Assembly: GCA_964610305.1 (NCBI GenBank)
Contig: CAZSVL010000006.1
Span: 13,973 to 77,972 of the forward strand
Length of the DNA: 64,000 bases
DNA from: an uncultured Gammaproteobacteria bacterium
GTDB lineage: Bacteria; Patescibacteriota; Patescibacteriia; Magasanikbacterales; JBBTXJ01
Reading direction: 5' to 3'
Numbering within the stretch: position 1 is the stretch's first letter; each line of letters begins with the position of its first letter. This document shows, one piece after another, positions 1-9,300 of this stretch. The notes beneath the pieces were generated by a model. It was not told where the DNA came from. It worked only from the letters and a program-made list of their open reading frames with translations, and ran no database searches. The translations under genes and the position numbers were made by a program.

Positions 1-603
1 CTCCGCGCGATTCCACACGTTAAGATTATTAGATTGGGCACTAAAATGCCGGCCTTTAATCCGTGGCGCACTTTAGGCGATCCTAAACTGCTGGAACTAA
101 TAAGAAAACACTCTACAGCACACCGGCGAATTTACATCATGACCCACTTTGATCACCCGCGCGAGTTGACTCCCGCGGCGTTGGCAGGTATTGATGCGCT
201 TAAGCAGGCTGGAGCAGAAACCGTAAATCAATGCCCGCTTATTAAGGGGGTAAATGACAATGTGCAATGTCTTACTTCGCTTTTTGCGCAACTGTCTTTT
301 ATTGGGTGTTCTCAGTATTATGTTTTTCAAGGAAGGCCAACACAAGGTAATGATCCATACAAGATTCCCATTGTGCGAGCATACAACCTGTTTTCTGCGG
401 CAGTAAAAAGCGTATCTGGCCTGGCCAAACGCGCGCGGTTTATCATGTCGCACGCAACGGGAAAAATTGAAGTGGTAGGTGTTGATGATGAGCATTTATA
501 TATGCGCTACCACCACGCAAAAAATGTAGAGGATGAAGGCCGTTTTATGACCTTCAGAAGAGACGACACCGCCTTTTGGTTTGATCAATTGGCTCCAGTA
601 TAA
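1..603 (+). CDS. KamA family radical SAM protein (lysine 2,3-aminomutase-like), 5'-truncated by window edge
   Basis: Frame is open from base 1 (LRAIPHVKIIRLGTKMPAFNP). Motifs THFDHPRE, NQCPLIKGVND, YYVFQGRP and SGLAKRARFIMSHATGKIEV are typical of the KamA C-terminal half. Confidence 0.85.
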   Translation, partial: LRAIPHVKIIRLGTKMPAFNPWRTLGDPKLLELIRKHSTAHRRIYIMTHFDHPRELTPAALAGIDALKQAGAETVNQCPLIKGVNDNVQCLTSLFAQLSFIGCSQYYVFQGRPTQGNDPYKIPIVRAYNLFSAAVKSVSGLAKRARFIMSHATGKIEVVGVDDEHLYMRYHHAKNVEDEGRFMTFRRDDTAFWFDQLAPV

Positions 604-615
604 TTTTGTAGCGTA

Positions 616-644
616 GACCCGCCGGGCAGTACGGCGGTTTTTTT
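616..644 (+). terminator. Intrinsic terminator
   Basis: CCGCCG/CGGCGG stem followed by a T-run just after the stop. Confidence 0.7.
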
Positions 645-779
645 ATTGTTTTAAGCGTGAGGCGAAGATTTCATTTAGCTGCTTTTCTTCTTGACAAGAT
701 ATCAAAGTTCTGCTACTGTTTTTCTACCAAGCTAAGGCTAGGTATAATGGGTTTGTTGTGGCGATGGAGGTGTTTTGCC

Positions 780-1085
780 GTGAGCAGGGCAAAAGGATTG
801 GACGAGCTTAAAGGGCTTGCCAACCCGGCTCTGCATTACGCAGAGTTGGTAAGGCTAGCTCAGGAGAACTCGCCCAACAAAGCGCAGCAGCTTGCAAGCG
901 GCCGGTGGCCCAGAAGGCAAGCGCGTGCGTGTCGCTTCCTGGCGATCATTCGTCGGGATTTTCCGGAGGCCTTTGAGGCCTTCATTAACCCCCCGTCAGA
1001 GCACGTTCAGGCAGATTCTTCTGCTTTGAGCAAGCTCGAGGAGGAGACAGATGGAAACGCAAGTAAGCCAGGAAGAGCTGCTTAG
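780..1085 (+). CDS. Hypothetical protein (~101 aa)
   Basis: TTGACA(691)-17-TACTGT promoter, GGAGG at 766-770 and GTG at 780. The ORF-track start at 657 lies upstream of the promoter. Overlaps the next gene. Confidence 0.5.
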   Translation: MSRAKGLDELKGLANPALHYAELVRLAQENSPNKAQQLASGRWPRRQARACRFLAIIRRDFPEAFEAFINPPSEHVQADSSALSKLEEETDGNASKPGRAA

Positions 1086-2433
1086 GCAGCTTAGCTTCAT
1101 TGAAGATCCTGGCAAACAGCTCCAAGAGATGATTAAACGAGGGCTTCTTGATCAGGCAGATAAAAAACTGCGCGATCTGGTGGCCAGCACTGATCGGATT
1201 TACTTTCAGCATCCAAGTCGCATCAACGGTGCGGTGTGCATCGGCAAAGGCAAGTCCAGCAGTAAGTACATTGTCTGCGTGGGCAATCAGCTTGTTGGCC
1301 GAACAGACTTTCCTTCCTTTGCGTTTGATCCCAAGGGACTGCAGCGGCTCTTTGGCTGGACAGACCAGCAGCTCAATGAGTTCATGCAGAGCGTTTTTGT
1401 TCGTGTCATGGGCGTGGTGAGTCCCGATCGTGTTGAGGAGTGCATTGCTTCTTGGGCAGGTTCCTGGGAGGTCAACGCCTTTTACTTGGCTATGAATGAT
1501 CTAGTCCCAGAGGATCATGATCTGCGCTCTCAGCTAGAGTTGTGGCAGCTGCGTGCCGTATTTTTTACCGGGGATTATTTTCTTGTGAAAATGCCTGAGC
1601 AATGGCGCAATGATGTGCTGGGCTGTGAAATCAAAGAAAATCCTTACTCGTATCGGCATTGGCTGAATGCTCACGGCACGCTGCAGCGTATGACTGGGAT
1701 GGCAGAGGCCGTCATTGAGCGCATGCGCGTGCTGGGAATGAGCGATGATCAGATCAGAGAGGATTGCTACACATGGCTGGATCAATACGCGCAAAGGATC
1801 AGCGCTTCGTTGCTGGTGGGGGTTGCTAACGCCTCTGTGTTTGAGTGGGCCGATCAGCGTCGGGCTGAAATCATGAAGCCCATTGCCGTCTATGTGACCA
1901 AGCTTATGCTTGATGGCAACCGGAATGCACAGCCGCAGGTAGTTGCAAGGCTCATTGAAGGTGGCATGCTTCAGAGTGCCGAGGGACGTGCGTGCGCTGC
2001 TTACAAAGAGCATGCGGCGCAGAGTCTTTCTGAGGGGCGTATTGGACTTGTTAGTGAGGTAACCGCCATGGTGGGCGCGTGCTATTTTGAAGAGGAAGAG
2101 CCCTGGGGGCCAGATCCCAAGCTCAAGTTCAGCCTTGAGGAGTGCGCTGCGCGCGCTTTTGATCTGGCTTGGGAGAAGGGTGAGCACGGCATTGCAGCTG
2201 CGTTGGTAAACCAGTTTGGGCCAGAGGCCTGCTTTGACAAGAAGGTGCTCAGGGATCGGCTGCCAGAGATCATGAAGCGCGAGCCCGATGGTCAGTCAAA
2301 AAAAGAAAAGCTCAAGGAGCTGGTTGCTGAGCGTAAGGCGCAAATTAAAAATGTGTGCGACTTGGCAAAAACTATGGGTAAGCCCGCAAGGCTGGATTAC
2401 TCACCTGGGTTTGCGCCTAAGCTAAACGATTAA
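1051..2433 (+). CDS. Hypothetical protein, 460 aa, largely helical
   Basis: Long ORF with GAGGAGG RBS and a terminator at ~2446-2478. No family recognised. Confidence 0.8.
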   Translation: METQVSQEELLRQLSFIEDPGKQLQEMIKRGLLDQADKKLRDLVASTDRIYFQHPSRINGAVCIGKGKSSSKYIVCVGNQLVGRTDFPSFAFDPKGLQRLFGWTDQQLNEFMQSVFVRVMGVVSPDRVEECIASWAGSWEVNAFYLAMNDLVPEDHDLRSQLELWQLRAVFFTGDYFLVKMPEQWRNDVLGCEIKENPYSYRHWLNAHGTLQRMTGMAEAVIERMRVLGMSDDQIREDCYTWLDQYAQRISASLLVGVANASVFEWADQRRAEIMKPIAVYVTKLMLDGNRNAQPQVVARLIEGGMLQSAEGRACAAYKEHAAQSLSEGRIGLVSEVTAMVGACYFEEEEPWGPDPKLKFSLEECAARAFDLAWEKGEHGIAAALVNQFGPEACFDKKVLRDRLPEIMKREPDGQSKKEKLKELVAERKAQIKNVCDLAKTMGKPARLDYSPGFAPKLND

Positions 2434-2585
2434 TTCTCTTACTGAGTGCCCTGTATACTAGTATGCAGGGTTTTTTTGTTGACGAAAGTTTAAAAGCAGC
2501 GCATAGTAGAAACAGGGCAACAAAAGGAGGGATGAAGGTGGACAAGGTAGCTTAGAGAGGGGAGCCATTGTTTTAGGAGGTCACC

Positions 2586-2912
2586 ATGAGGCAAGCGGTA
2601 CTGCTTGTGGTGGCTCTACTGGTTTTGCCGGGTTGCGATTTTCAGGTTGAGGATGCGCAAGTAGACAAGCTGGCGGATAAGGCGGATGTCACCATTGATG
2701 TGGATATTAATGTAAGTAGAGAGTCTTTGGATGAGGTAGAGTTTGCTGCCACCGTAAGCGGAAAGGCAGATGGAGAGGAAATTAAGCAGCAAGAGCTTGA
2801 GCCGGACAAACTGGCAGACATGGTCTGTCAGCTCACCGGCAAGTGTCATGTTCTTACGCCAACAGAGTTTGCTCAGTGCGGCGATGTTGGTGTGCCATCG
2901 GTGGCGCCATAG
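2586..2912 (+). CDS. Predicted small lipoprotein
   Basis: AGGAGG RBS, hydrophobic signal ending LPGC, terminator at ~2920-2945. Confidence 0.7.
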   Translation: MRQAVLLVVALLVLPGCDFQVEDAQVDKLADKADVTIDVDINVSRESLDEVEFAATVSGKADGEEIKQQELEPDKLADMVCQLTGKCHVLTPTEFAQCGDVGVPSVAP

Positions 2913-2949
2913 TGTACAGACCCCCGTGTTTACACGGGTTTTTTTATAC

Positions 2950-3114
2950 TTGACAAGCTATTCGCAATATGTTAGCTTAAAAGAGCTCATCGGGACGCCA
3001 CGAGCATTGAAAATACTTGGTCAGTGACCATTGAAATCGGCGACAGGTTCCCACCTGCGCGCTATTGATCTTTAAAACAGGGACGCCTGAGAGTATTGAT
3101 TGTGAGAGGGAAAA
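2950..3114 (+). promoter_or_regulatory. Sigma70 promoter plus conserved four-hairpin leader RNA, copy 1
   Basis: TTGACA 2950, 17 nt, TAGCTT 2973. Aligns with 4557-4720 with compensatory changes in the stems. Confidence 0.75.
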
Positions 3115-4515
3115 ATGCAAGAGACCTTTTGGTCAGATGCCAGTGATAAAGGGCTAACAGCAAAGGCGGTGATTTCACCAACGGGCGCTGTTATTGCCAA
3201 GAATTTTGGGTCCAGTGATCCCCTGAGAAATGGAGACATTGGCCTAGAGGTTAGGATTAAGCGAAAGAACGCCCCCGAGCTCTCGGCAGAGCAGAGAATG
3301 GCCGCGCAGGGAGTGGCAGAAGCCATGAGCGATAAGCTCAAGGGTCATTTGGGTCAGGAACGGCCGGCTCATAAATGGCCGCTTGGCGCGGTTGTGAGAG
3401 TTCGCATGGACAACTTTGGTGGCGTGGGCTTTATTGTAGCTCAGAGTGATACGCATTTAGCGCTGATGGATTTCAACGAGGATTGCTCCGCGCTACTGAG
3501 GACGGACTATCCGCTCTCTGCCATTGTCATTGAGCAGCTAGAGCTTCCAGCCAATGGAAAAGCCGGCTTGGCTCTTAGGCAATTGGAAGACCAGGTTGAA
3601 AGGCTTGGGCGGCTTGACTTAGACGAGTTTAAGGGCATTGCCACGCATTTTCGTGGCGATCCTGTTGCCGTTTGTCATGGCGCGCGGTTTGCCGATGGCT
3701 GGGATCAATTGTGTTTTCTCTTTGAGATGCTTAAGGGAGAGGATCCTGAGCATCGCGCCACCTTGATCAGCTTTGCTAAGCCTCATTTTGCGTATGACCT
3801 TTTAAGCAAATTTACTGTTCCAGTCCAAATGGCAGAGGTAGCATTGCTGGGTGGTACACAGGAGAATGAGTCACGTGCAACAGCTGCCATTAAGGTTTTG
3901 ACAGTGTTTCCATCCGATACGGTGATAGGCTCTTGCGGTAGCGCAGCTCTGTTTACCTATTGGAAAAAGATGGGCGAAGGGCGCAGGAATGTCATCTCTA
4001 CTCTCACGCGTAGCGAGAAGTTACACACGGCATATAAGGCTTCATTTTTTTGCTTTGATGTCGCTACCTGTCGCTCTATGCTGAATTCATGCCATGAAAT
4101 GGTTGCTGAAAAGGTTGCAGAAAATCTAGCTTACCTGCTTGACACCGGAATGTGTGCTGGCGAGGACATTAGCCTCAGTGAGCTAAGAGACATGCTGGGT
4201 TTTCTAGCCGATGATTTCGCCGGTGTTGCTAAGCATATAGAGTCTGTTCCTTTTTTGGAAACACTTGCTTCTGATTGCTATTCTGATTTTAAGCAAGCAC
4301 AAAGAGCCATTTCTGATAAGTGGCTACAGCTAACCGGGAATACTGTGCCAAAGAAAGATCACTTTCGTTGGCAGCACGATGAATCCGGCAAATGGTCTGA
4401 AGACGTGTATTGCTATGATTACAACGATCAGAAGGCTTTGGGGATGAGAACGCACTCTTTGGCTCTCACGGATGACGGCCTGCTTGTTCTGGCAAGCGTT
4501 CCTTTCAAAGATTAA
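3115..4515 (+). CDS. Hypothetical protein, paralog A (466 aa)
   Basis: First ~80 aa clearly homologous to 4721..6211 (FW.D...KG..AKAV.SP.G..IA.N.....PLR.GD.GLE.R..RK.A.E...EQRM). Terminator at ~4521-4551. Confidence 0.85.
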   Translation: MQETFWSDASDKGLTAKAVISPTGAVIAKNFGSSDPLRNGDIGLEVRIKRKNAPELSAEQRMAAQGVAEAMSDKLKGHLGQERPAHKWPLGAVVRVRMDNFGGVGFIVAQSDTHLALMDFNEDCSALLRTDYPLSAIVIEQLELPANGKAGLALRQLEDQVERLGRLDLDEFKGIATHFRGDPVAVCHGARFADGWDQLCFLFEMLKGEDPEHRATLISFAKPHFAYDLLSKFTVPVQMAEVALLGGTQENESRATAAIKVLTVFPSDTVIGSCGSAALFTYWKKMGEGRRNVISTLTRSEKLHTAYKASFFCFDVATCRSMLNSCHEMVAEKVAENLAYLLDTGMCAGEDISLSELRDMLGFLADDFAGVAKHIESVPFLETLASDCYSDFKQAQRAISDKWLQLTGNTVPKKDHFRWQHDESGKWSEDVYCYDYNDQKALGMRTHSLALTDDGLLVLASVPFKD

Positions 4516-4556
4516 TTCAGTGCCATCCAGTTTTACTGGGTGGCTTTTTTTAATCC

Positions 4557-4720
4557 TTGACAAATGACCAAAGATATGTTAGCTTACAAGAGCTGCACGG
4601 GACGCCAGCAGTACCGAAAAATACGGCCAGAGGCCACTGAAAACGGCGGCGGGTACCCACCCAGCTGCTACTGATCCTTAAAACAGGGACGCCTGATAAT
4701 GTAAACGGTGAGAGGGAAGC
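4557..4720 (+). promoter_or_regulatory. Sigma70 promoter plus conserved four-hairpin leader RNA, copy 2
   Basis: TTGACA 4557, 17 nt, TAGCTT 4580. Same hairpin order as copy 1. Confidence 0.75.
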
Positions 4721-6211
4721 ATGAGTACGTCATTTTGGGAAGATAGCGGTAGAAAGGGAATGGTTGCAAAAGCAGTTGTTTCTCCTGATGGTACGATTAT
4801 TGCACGAAATCATCATAAAAAGGCTCCGCTCCGCGAAGGAGATGTTGGCCTTGAGATTCGTTTGGATCGTAAAAAGGCAGAGGAGATCACGCCAGAGCAG
4901 CGCATGGGCATGCAGAGTATTGCCGGCGCTATGGCAGATCATCTGCTCGTCTATGTAGGAGCACGTAAAGAGGCTCCTATGTGGGAAGAGGGCAATGTTG
5001 TAGAAGTCACGTGTGATGGCACTACTATCCGCGGCGTGGTTCAGAGGGTTTCGCAAACGCATATCCGGGTAGCAACTTTTAGTGAGGAGTATCATCAAGA
5101 TGAGGAAAAAGCACGTATTGTAACGCGCGATTTCCCCTTGGCTCTGTCTGCAGTTTGGCAGGTGGATGTTCCGCTGCCTGAGTGTGATGGTTTGCCTGGC
5201 CTTGCGCTTGCTACTTTTTTGCAGAACGTTGATGAGTCTTTGCTTCCGTATTTGTTTGAGCATCCTCACCTTGTTGAGTACGTGCTCAAGCATATGAATA
5301 GCCAACGGATTCAGCCAGGTTACTATGTGGGAAAGTACCTTGATTACATTAATGCGGATCATTACGTTGATTTAATCTCTGAGGCTTTTGATAATCGGTT
5401 CCTCAGGCTTATTGGCAGAGCTACTACGGATCAACTCTCGCAGATCGCTTTGCTTGACAAGACTGAAAATGCTGCAGTTGCCAAGCCGCGCAACAAGTAT
5501 CGGACTGCTGCGGTTAGAGCGCTTGTGCAGGAAGATAAGAGCATTGAGCGTCGGCCTTTTGGTAAGCCTACTAGCGTTGCATACCATGACGTATGGCGGG
5601 CATTGACGCCTAACAGAAAGCGCTTGCTTTTGGGTTTGTGCACCGCAGATAGCCCCGCGCTTACTCACGCTATTAAGTACGTGTTTGATTCAGAGGTTTT
5701 ACTTCATCTCTTAAGCGAGGATGTTGGTCTAGTGAACTCGCAGGCTGTAAGTGCTGTACGTAGGAATCTTGGTCACCTCATTAGTATCGGACTTTCTGTG
5801 GAGGTTTTCTTTGGGGGTGAAGATTTTAAAAGGGAGATGTATCGTATTTGGGAGGGTCTGTGTAACTCATCAAGGCCGGGTTTTCTGAGGCAGATAACTG
5901 ATCGCAAGCTTCTGGAAACCATCATCTTCGGCCTAGATAGAGGTGATGGAAATGTAGAAACGGTCTGCGCTCGGTGGATGGAGCTTTCAGAGGATATTCC
6001 CAAGCCTCAAGATGAGGGATCCTTCATCTATAGAGATGACAAAGGTAACTGGCATGGGCCATTTCTGAAGTCTGATGACTACGATCATCTTCTCAGAGAG
6101 AAAAAGTTGACCAGCCTGATGCTGTGCGTAACTCCCGATGGCATTATGAGAATTGCTCGATACGCTCTTGAGATGTCTGATGCTGATCTTTCGTCGTGGG
6201 AAAGGGCATAA
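4721..6211 (+). CDS. Hypothetical protein, paralog B (496 aa), with possible C-terminal GYF-like motif
   Basis: Shares the N-terminal domain with 3115..4515. FIYRDDKGNWHGPF resembles the GYF signature. Terminator at ~6230-6258. Confidence 0.85.
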   Translation: MSTSFWEDSGRKGMVAKAVVSPDGTIIARNHHKKAPLREGDVGLEIRLDRKKAEEITPEQRMGMQSIAGAMADHLLVYVGARKEAPMWEEGNVVEVTCDGTTIRGVVQRVSQTHIRVATFSEEYHQDEEKARIVTRDFPLALSAVWQVDVPLPECDGLPGLALATFLQNVDESLLPYLFEHPHLVEYVLKHMNSQRIQPGYYVGKYLDYINADHYVDLISEAFDNRFLRLIGRATTDQLSQIALLDKTENAAVAKPRNKYRTAAVRALVQEDKSIERRPFGKPTSVAYHDVWRALTPNRKRLLLGLCTADSPALTHAIKYVFDSEVLLHLLSEDVGLVNSQAVSAVRRNLGHLISIGLSVEVFFGGEDFKREMYRIWEGLCNSSRPGFLRQITDRKLLETIIFGLDRGDGNVETVCARWMELSEDIPKPQDEGSFIYRDDKGNWHGPFLKSDDYDHLLREKKLTSLMLCVTPDGIMRIARYALEMSDADLSSWERA

Positions 6212-6392
6212 AGGAAATCAATAAAATCAGACTCGGCGTCATGTACGTCGGGTTTTTTAATTGTGTATAACTCTAGACGCAAAATGCGCTATAATAACTG
6301 CAATAATTAATTGCAGCAACTTGATGTTTTTTGTGTTCGCCTTTTGGTGGGTAGAAAAAACAACCCCAACGCTGCAGTAACGGAGGTGTGCT

Positions 6393-9300
6393 ATGATTCC
6401 CCTATCGGAATCACACTCATATTGGGTGTGTAACAAAAGCCTTTTTAAAAAGGCATTCTTTGTGGCCAGTATTATGGCTGCTTTTTTATTAATGACCGTT
6501 CCTGTTTTTGCTCAAGAGATTGCAGACAAGGACAATGATGGTATTGCTGATGGCATTGATAATTGTATAGACATTGCCAACGCCCAGCAGATAGATGCGG
6601 ATCAGGATGGAACGGGAGATCTCTGTGATATTGATGATGATAACGACCGCATTGCAGATGGAGAGGACAACTGTCCTACCACTGCAAACCCTAAGCAGGC
6701 GGATACAGATGGTGATGGTGCCGGGGACTTGTGTGATGTAAACACCGATGAAAGCGCCGCGCAGTCTGCAGAGGCGTTGCAGGATGAGAATGTTACGCTA
6801 GAGGACTTAGGCACCATAGAAGCGCGTGTTTTGCCAGACAGTCCTTTGCATTTTTTCAAACGTTTTGGTCGTGGGGTACAAGAGGCTCTTACGTTTGATC
6901 CTGTTAGAGACGCTAAATTAAAATTGCAGCACGCTAACCAGCAACTTTCAGAAACCAAGCAGATGATAGACCAAAAGGGAATGGCTAATGTGGCACCCGC
7001 TGTAGTTAAAAGTGCGGTTAAGAAATATCAAAACAAGCTAGCAGACATTAAGGATGTAGCAGATGCTCTGAAAGCAGAAAAAGTAGACAATCCAGAGGTT
7101 ATAGACAGGTTGCTCAACGATGTAACGGATAAACAGCTTAAACAACAAAAAGTATTAGATAACATTGCTGCGCAGGCACTAGAGGTAAAAAGAAAAGCAA
7201 AAGAAGAGGGCAGAGATATAAGCGATGACGTAGATGGCGTTCTCTCTGGCGTAAAAGACGTTAAACAGAGCGCCATGGAAGATTTTACTGCTACACTGGC
7301 CACGGTTGAAGACTCTGCATCTAATATTGGTGTTAGGGTTACCTCGGTGATGGATCGTCAGAAAGGATCAGAATTTAAAGAGCTTAAAAACTTGGAAATT
7401 TTGGAATCCATGCGCAGAGCAGCTCCGGCAGATGTAAAGGAGGCTATAAGCATAGCCAAGAAAAATACCGTAGAGAAGTTTGAGAAAAATCTGAGGGATC
7501 TGCCAGCCGTAGTAAGAGCTGATAAGTTTGAGAATTACGTAAAGCACGCTACGTCTGACGAGACAAAATTGGTTAAATTGTTAGATGAGATTAAAAAATC
7601 CAGTGGCATACCGGCTGACGTTCTTGATATTTTAGAAGAAGCAAAAGAAATTGCCGTGCGCAGATTTGAAGAAAAGTTGAGTCTGGTAGAAGATGATGTT
7701 GTTCAAGCATCTCTGATTTCCGGATTAAGTGTAGAGGATGATAGCGATATTGATGATTTGATTGTGCTAGAGGACTTTAAAAACCGCATGAAGGTGGGAG
7801 AGAAGCAAAAGGAGTTGATGGATGAAATGCATAACAGATCCATTGATGCCTTTAAGCGCAAATTTACTGACACTGAGTCTGCAGACCAGGCAGAGCTTTT
7901 CAGGAAGCTCTCGCAACAAATGCTTGATAACCCATCTCCTAAGACCTTTAAGCTGATGCAGACGCTAGAGGATGAGGTGCGTTCAGATCCAAGTAAGCGC
8001 GCATTCTTAGATCAGCTAGAGGATGACATGCAGCGCCAGTATGAGAATCAGTACAGAAAAGAAGGGGATAGGTTTATGGATCGTGTAGCCACACTAGACC
8101 CAAGCGATATTGCCATCCTGCAATCGCTAGATTTTGACTCTAATTTTGAGGACCGCTTGGTGAAAAGATCTGCAGAGAAGTATAAGAAACGCATGAAGAA
8201 CATTGTGGTACCAGAAGAGTTTGATACCTTCCGCGAGCGCTTCTTTGATATCCCAGACTTTGTGGTACAAGAAATAAAGAAAAACGACACAGATTTTGAG
8301 CAAGCCATGCAGTTTAAGGTGCGTAAAATGGAAGAAACGCGCGCTGAACGCGAGCGTGAGATTGCAAGGGCCTCACTGGATTATGAAGAAAGAGAGCTTT
8401 GGCACCAAGATGACAGGCAGCGCCAGAGAGAAGACGACGAATTCTGGAGACAGCTCAACAATTCTGATTGGGAAGACTTTGATACCAGAAAGCAGCTTTG
8501 GGATGAAAAAATTAACGACAGATATGACACCATCGATTCCCGTTTTGACAGGCAAAAAGAGCTCTTTGAACAAAAAATGGCTCTTGACCCATGGTGTGAT
8601 GAGGTTTGTAAGCAGATTCAGCTGCAATTCTTAGAACAAGATTTGCGTCACGAGAAAGAGCGCTTGGCAGACGATTTGATACGTGAGCGAAACAGAATTG
8701 AGGCAGAACAAGTGCAGCATCAACAAAATGATCCTCTCTATGGAAAATGTGATTCTCCAGAGAGTTGTGAATATTACTGTAGTACCAATCCTGGCGTGCC
8801 TGGATGTGAGTGGGCTATTCACGTGGATAAAGGTCAAGATTGTGGCCCTGGCGCTTACTGGGATTATGGTAGGCGACAATGTGAGAGCTTTGACAGCCAA
8901 GTATACAGTTGTGAGCCTGGCTACTACTGGGATTATGCTGTGAATGGTTGTACGCCAGATCCATATTATGTTCCACCAACTAACTTTAGAACCTGTGGTT
9001 ACGGCATGTTCTGGAATGAGCAATTTGGTCACTGTGAGAGCGCTGTAACGGTGGTAACGGTGCCGCCATCCGGCGTGCCAGGAGAGCCAGCACCTACGCC
9101 GGGAACTACGTATCCATCTGGCTTCCCGCCAGACACCTACCCAGGGGATGATAGCTATTGTCCATATGAGTACCGCTGGGATAGCTTTTACTCAGAGTGT
9201 GTACCAAGAGACTACCAAGATTGTGGACCAGGCTATTACTATGATTTCTATGACAGAAGATGTCACCGAGATTGGCAAGATTGTGGCCCAGGTTTCTACT

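Noticed and set aside
759-800. Fluoride riboswitch-like GGCGATGGAG
   Set aside because: The following TTCGCC pairing and downstream elements are missing; it is better explained as the RBS of the 780 ORF.
2983-3100. CRISPR array suggested by recurring ATTGAAA
   Set aside because: Units are not identical repeats, there are no spacer-length unique segments, and no cas gene is in the window. Kept only as an analogy.
657-6260. Integron cassette array or prophage
   Set aside because: No attC-type RYYYAAC/GTTRRRY boundaries, integrase or virion genes were recognised; the genes carry their own promoters.
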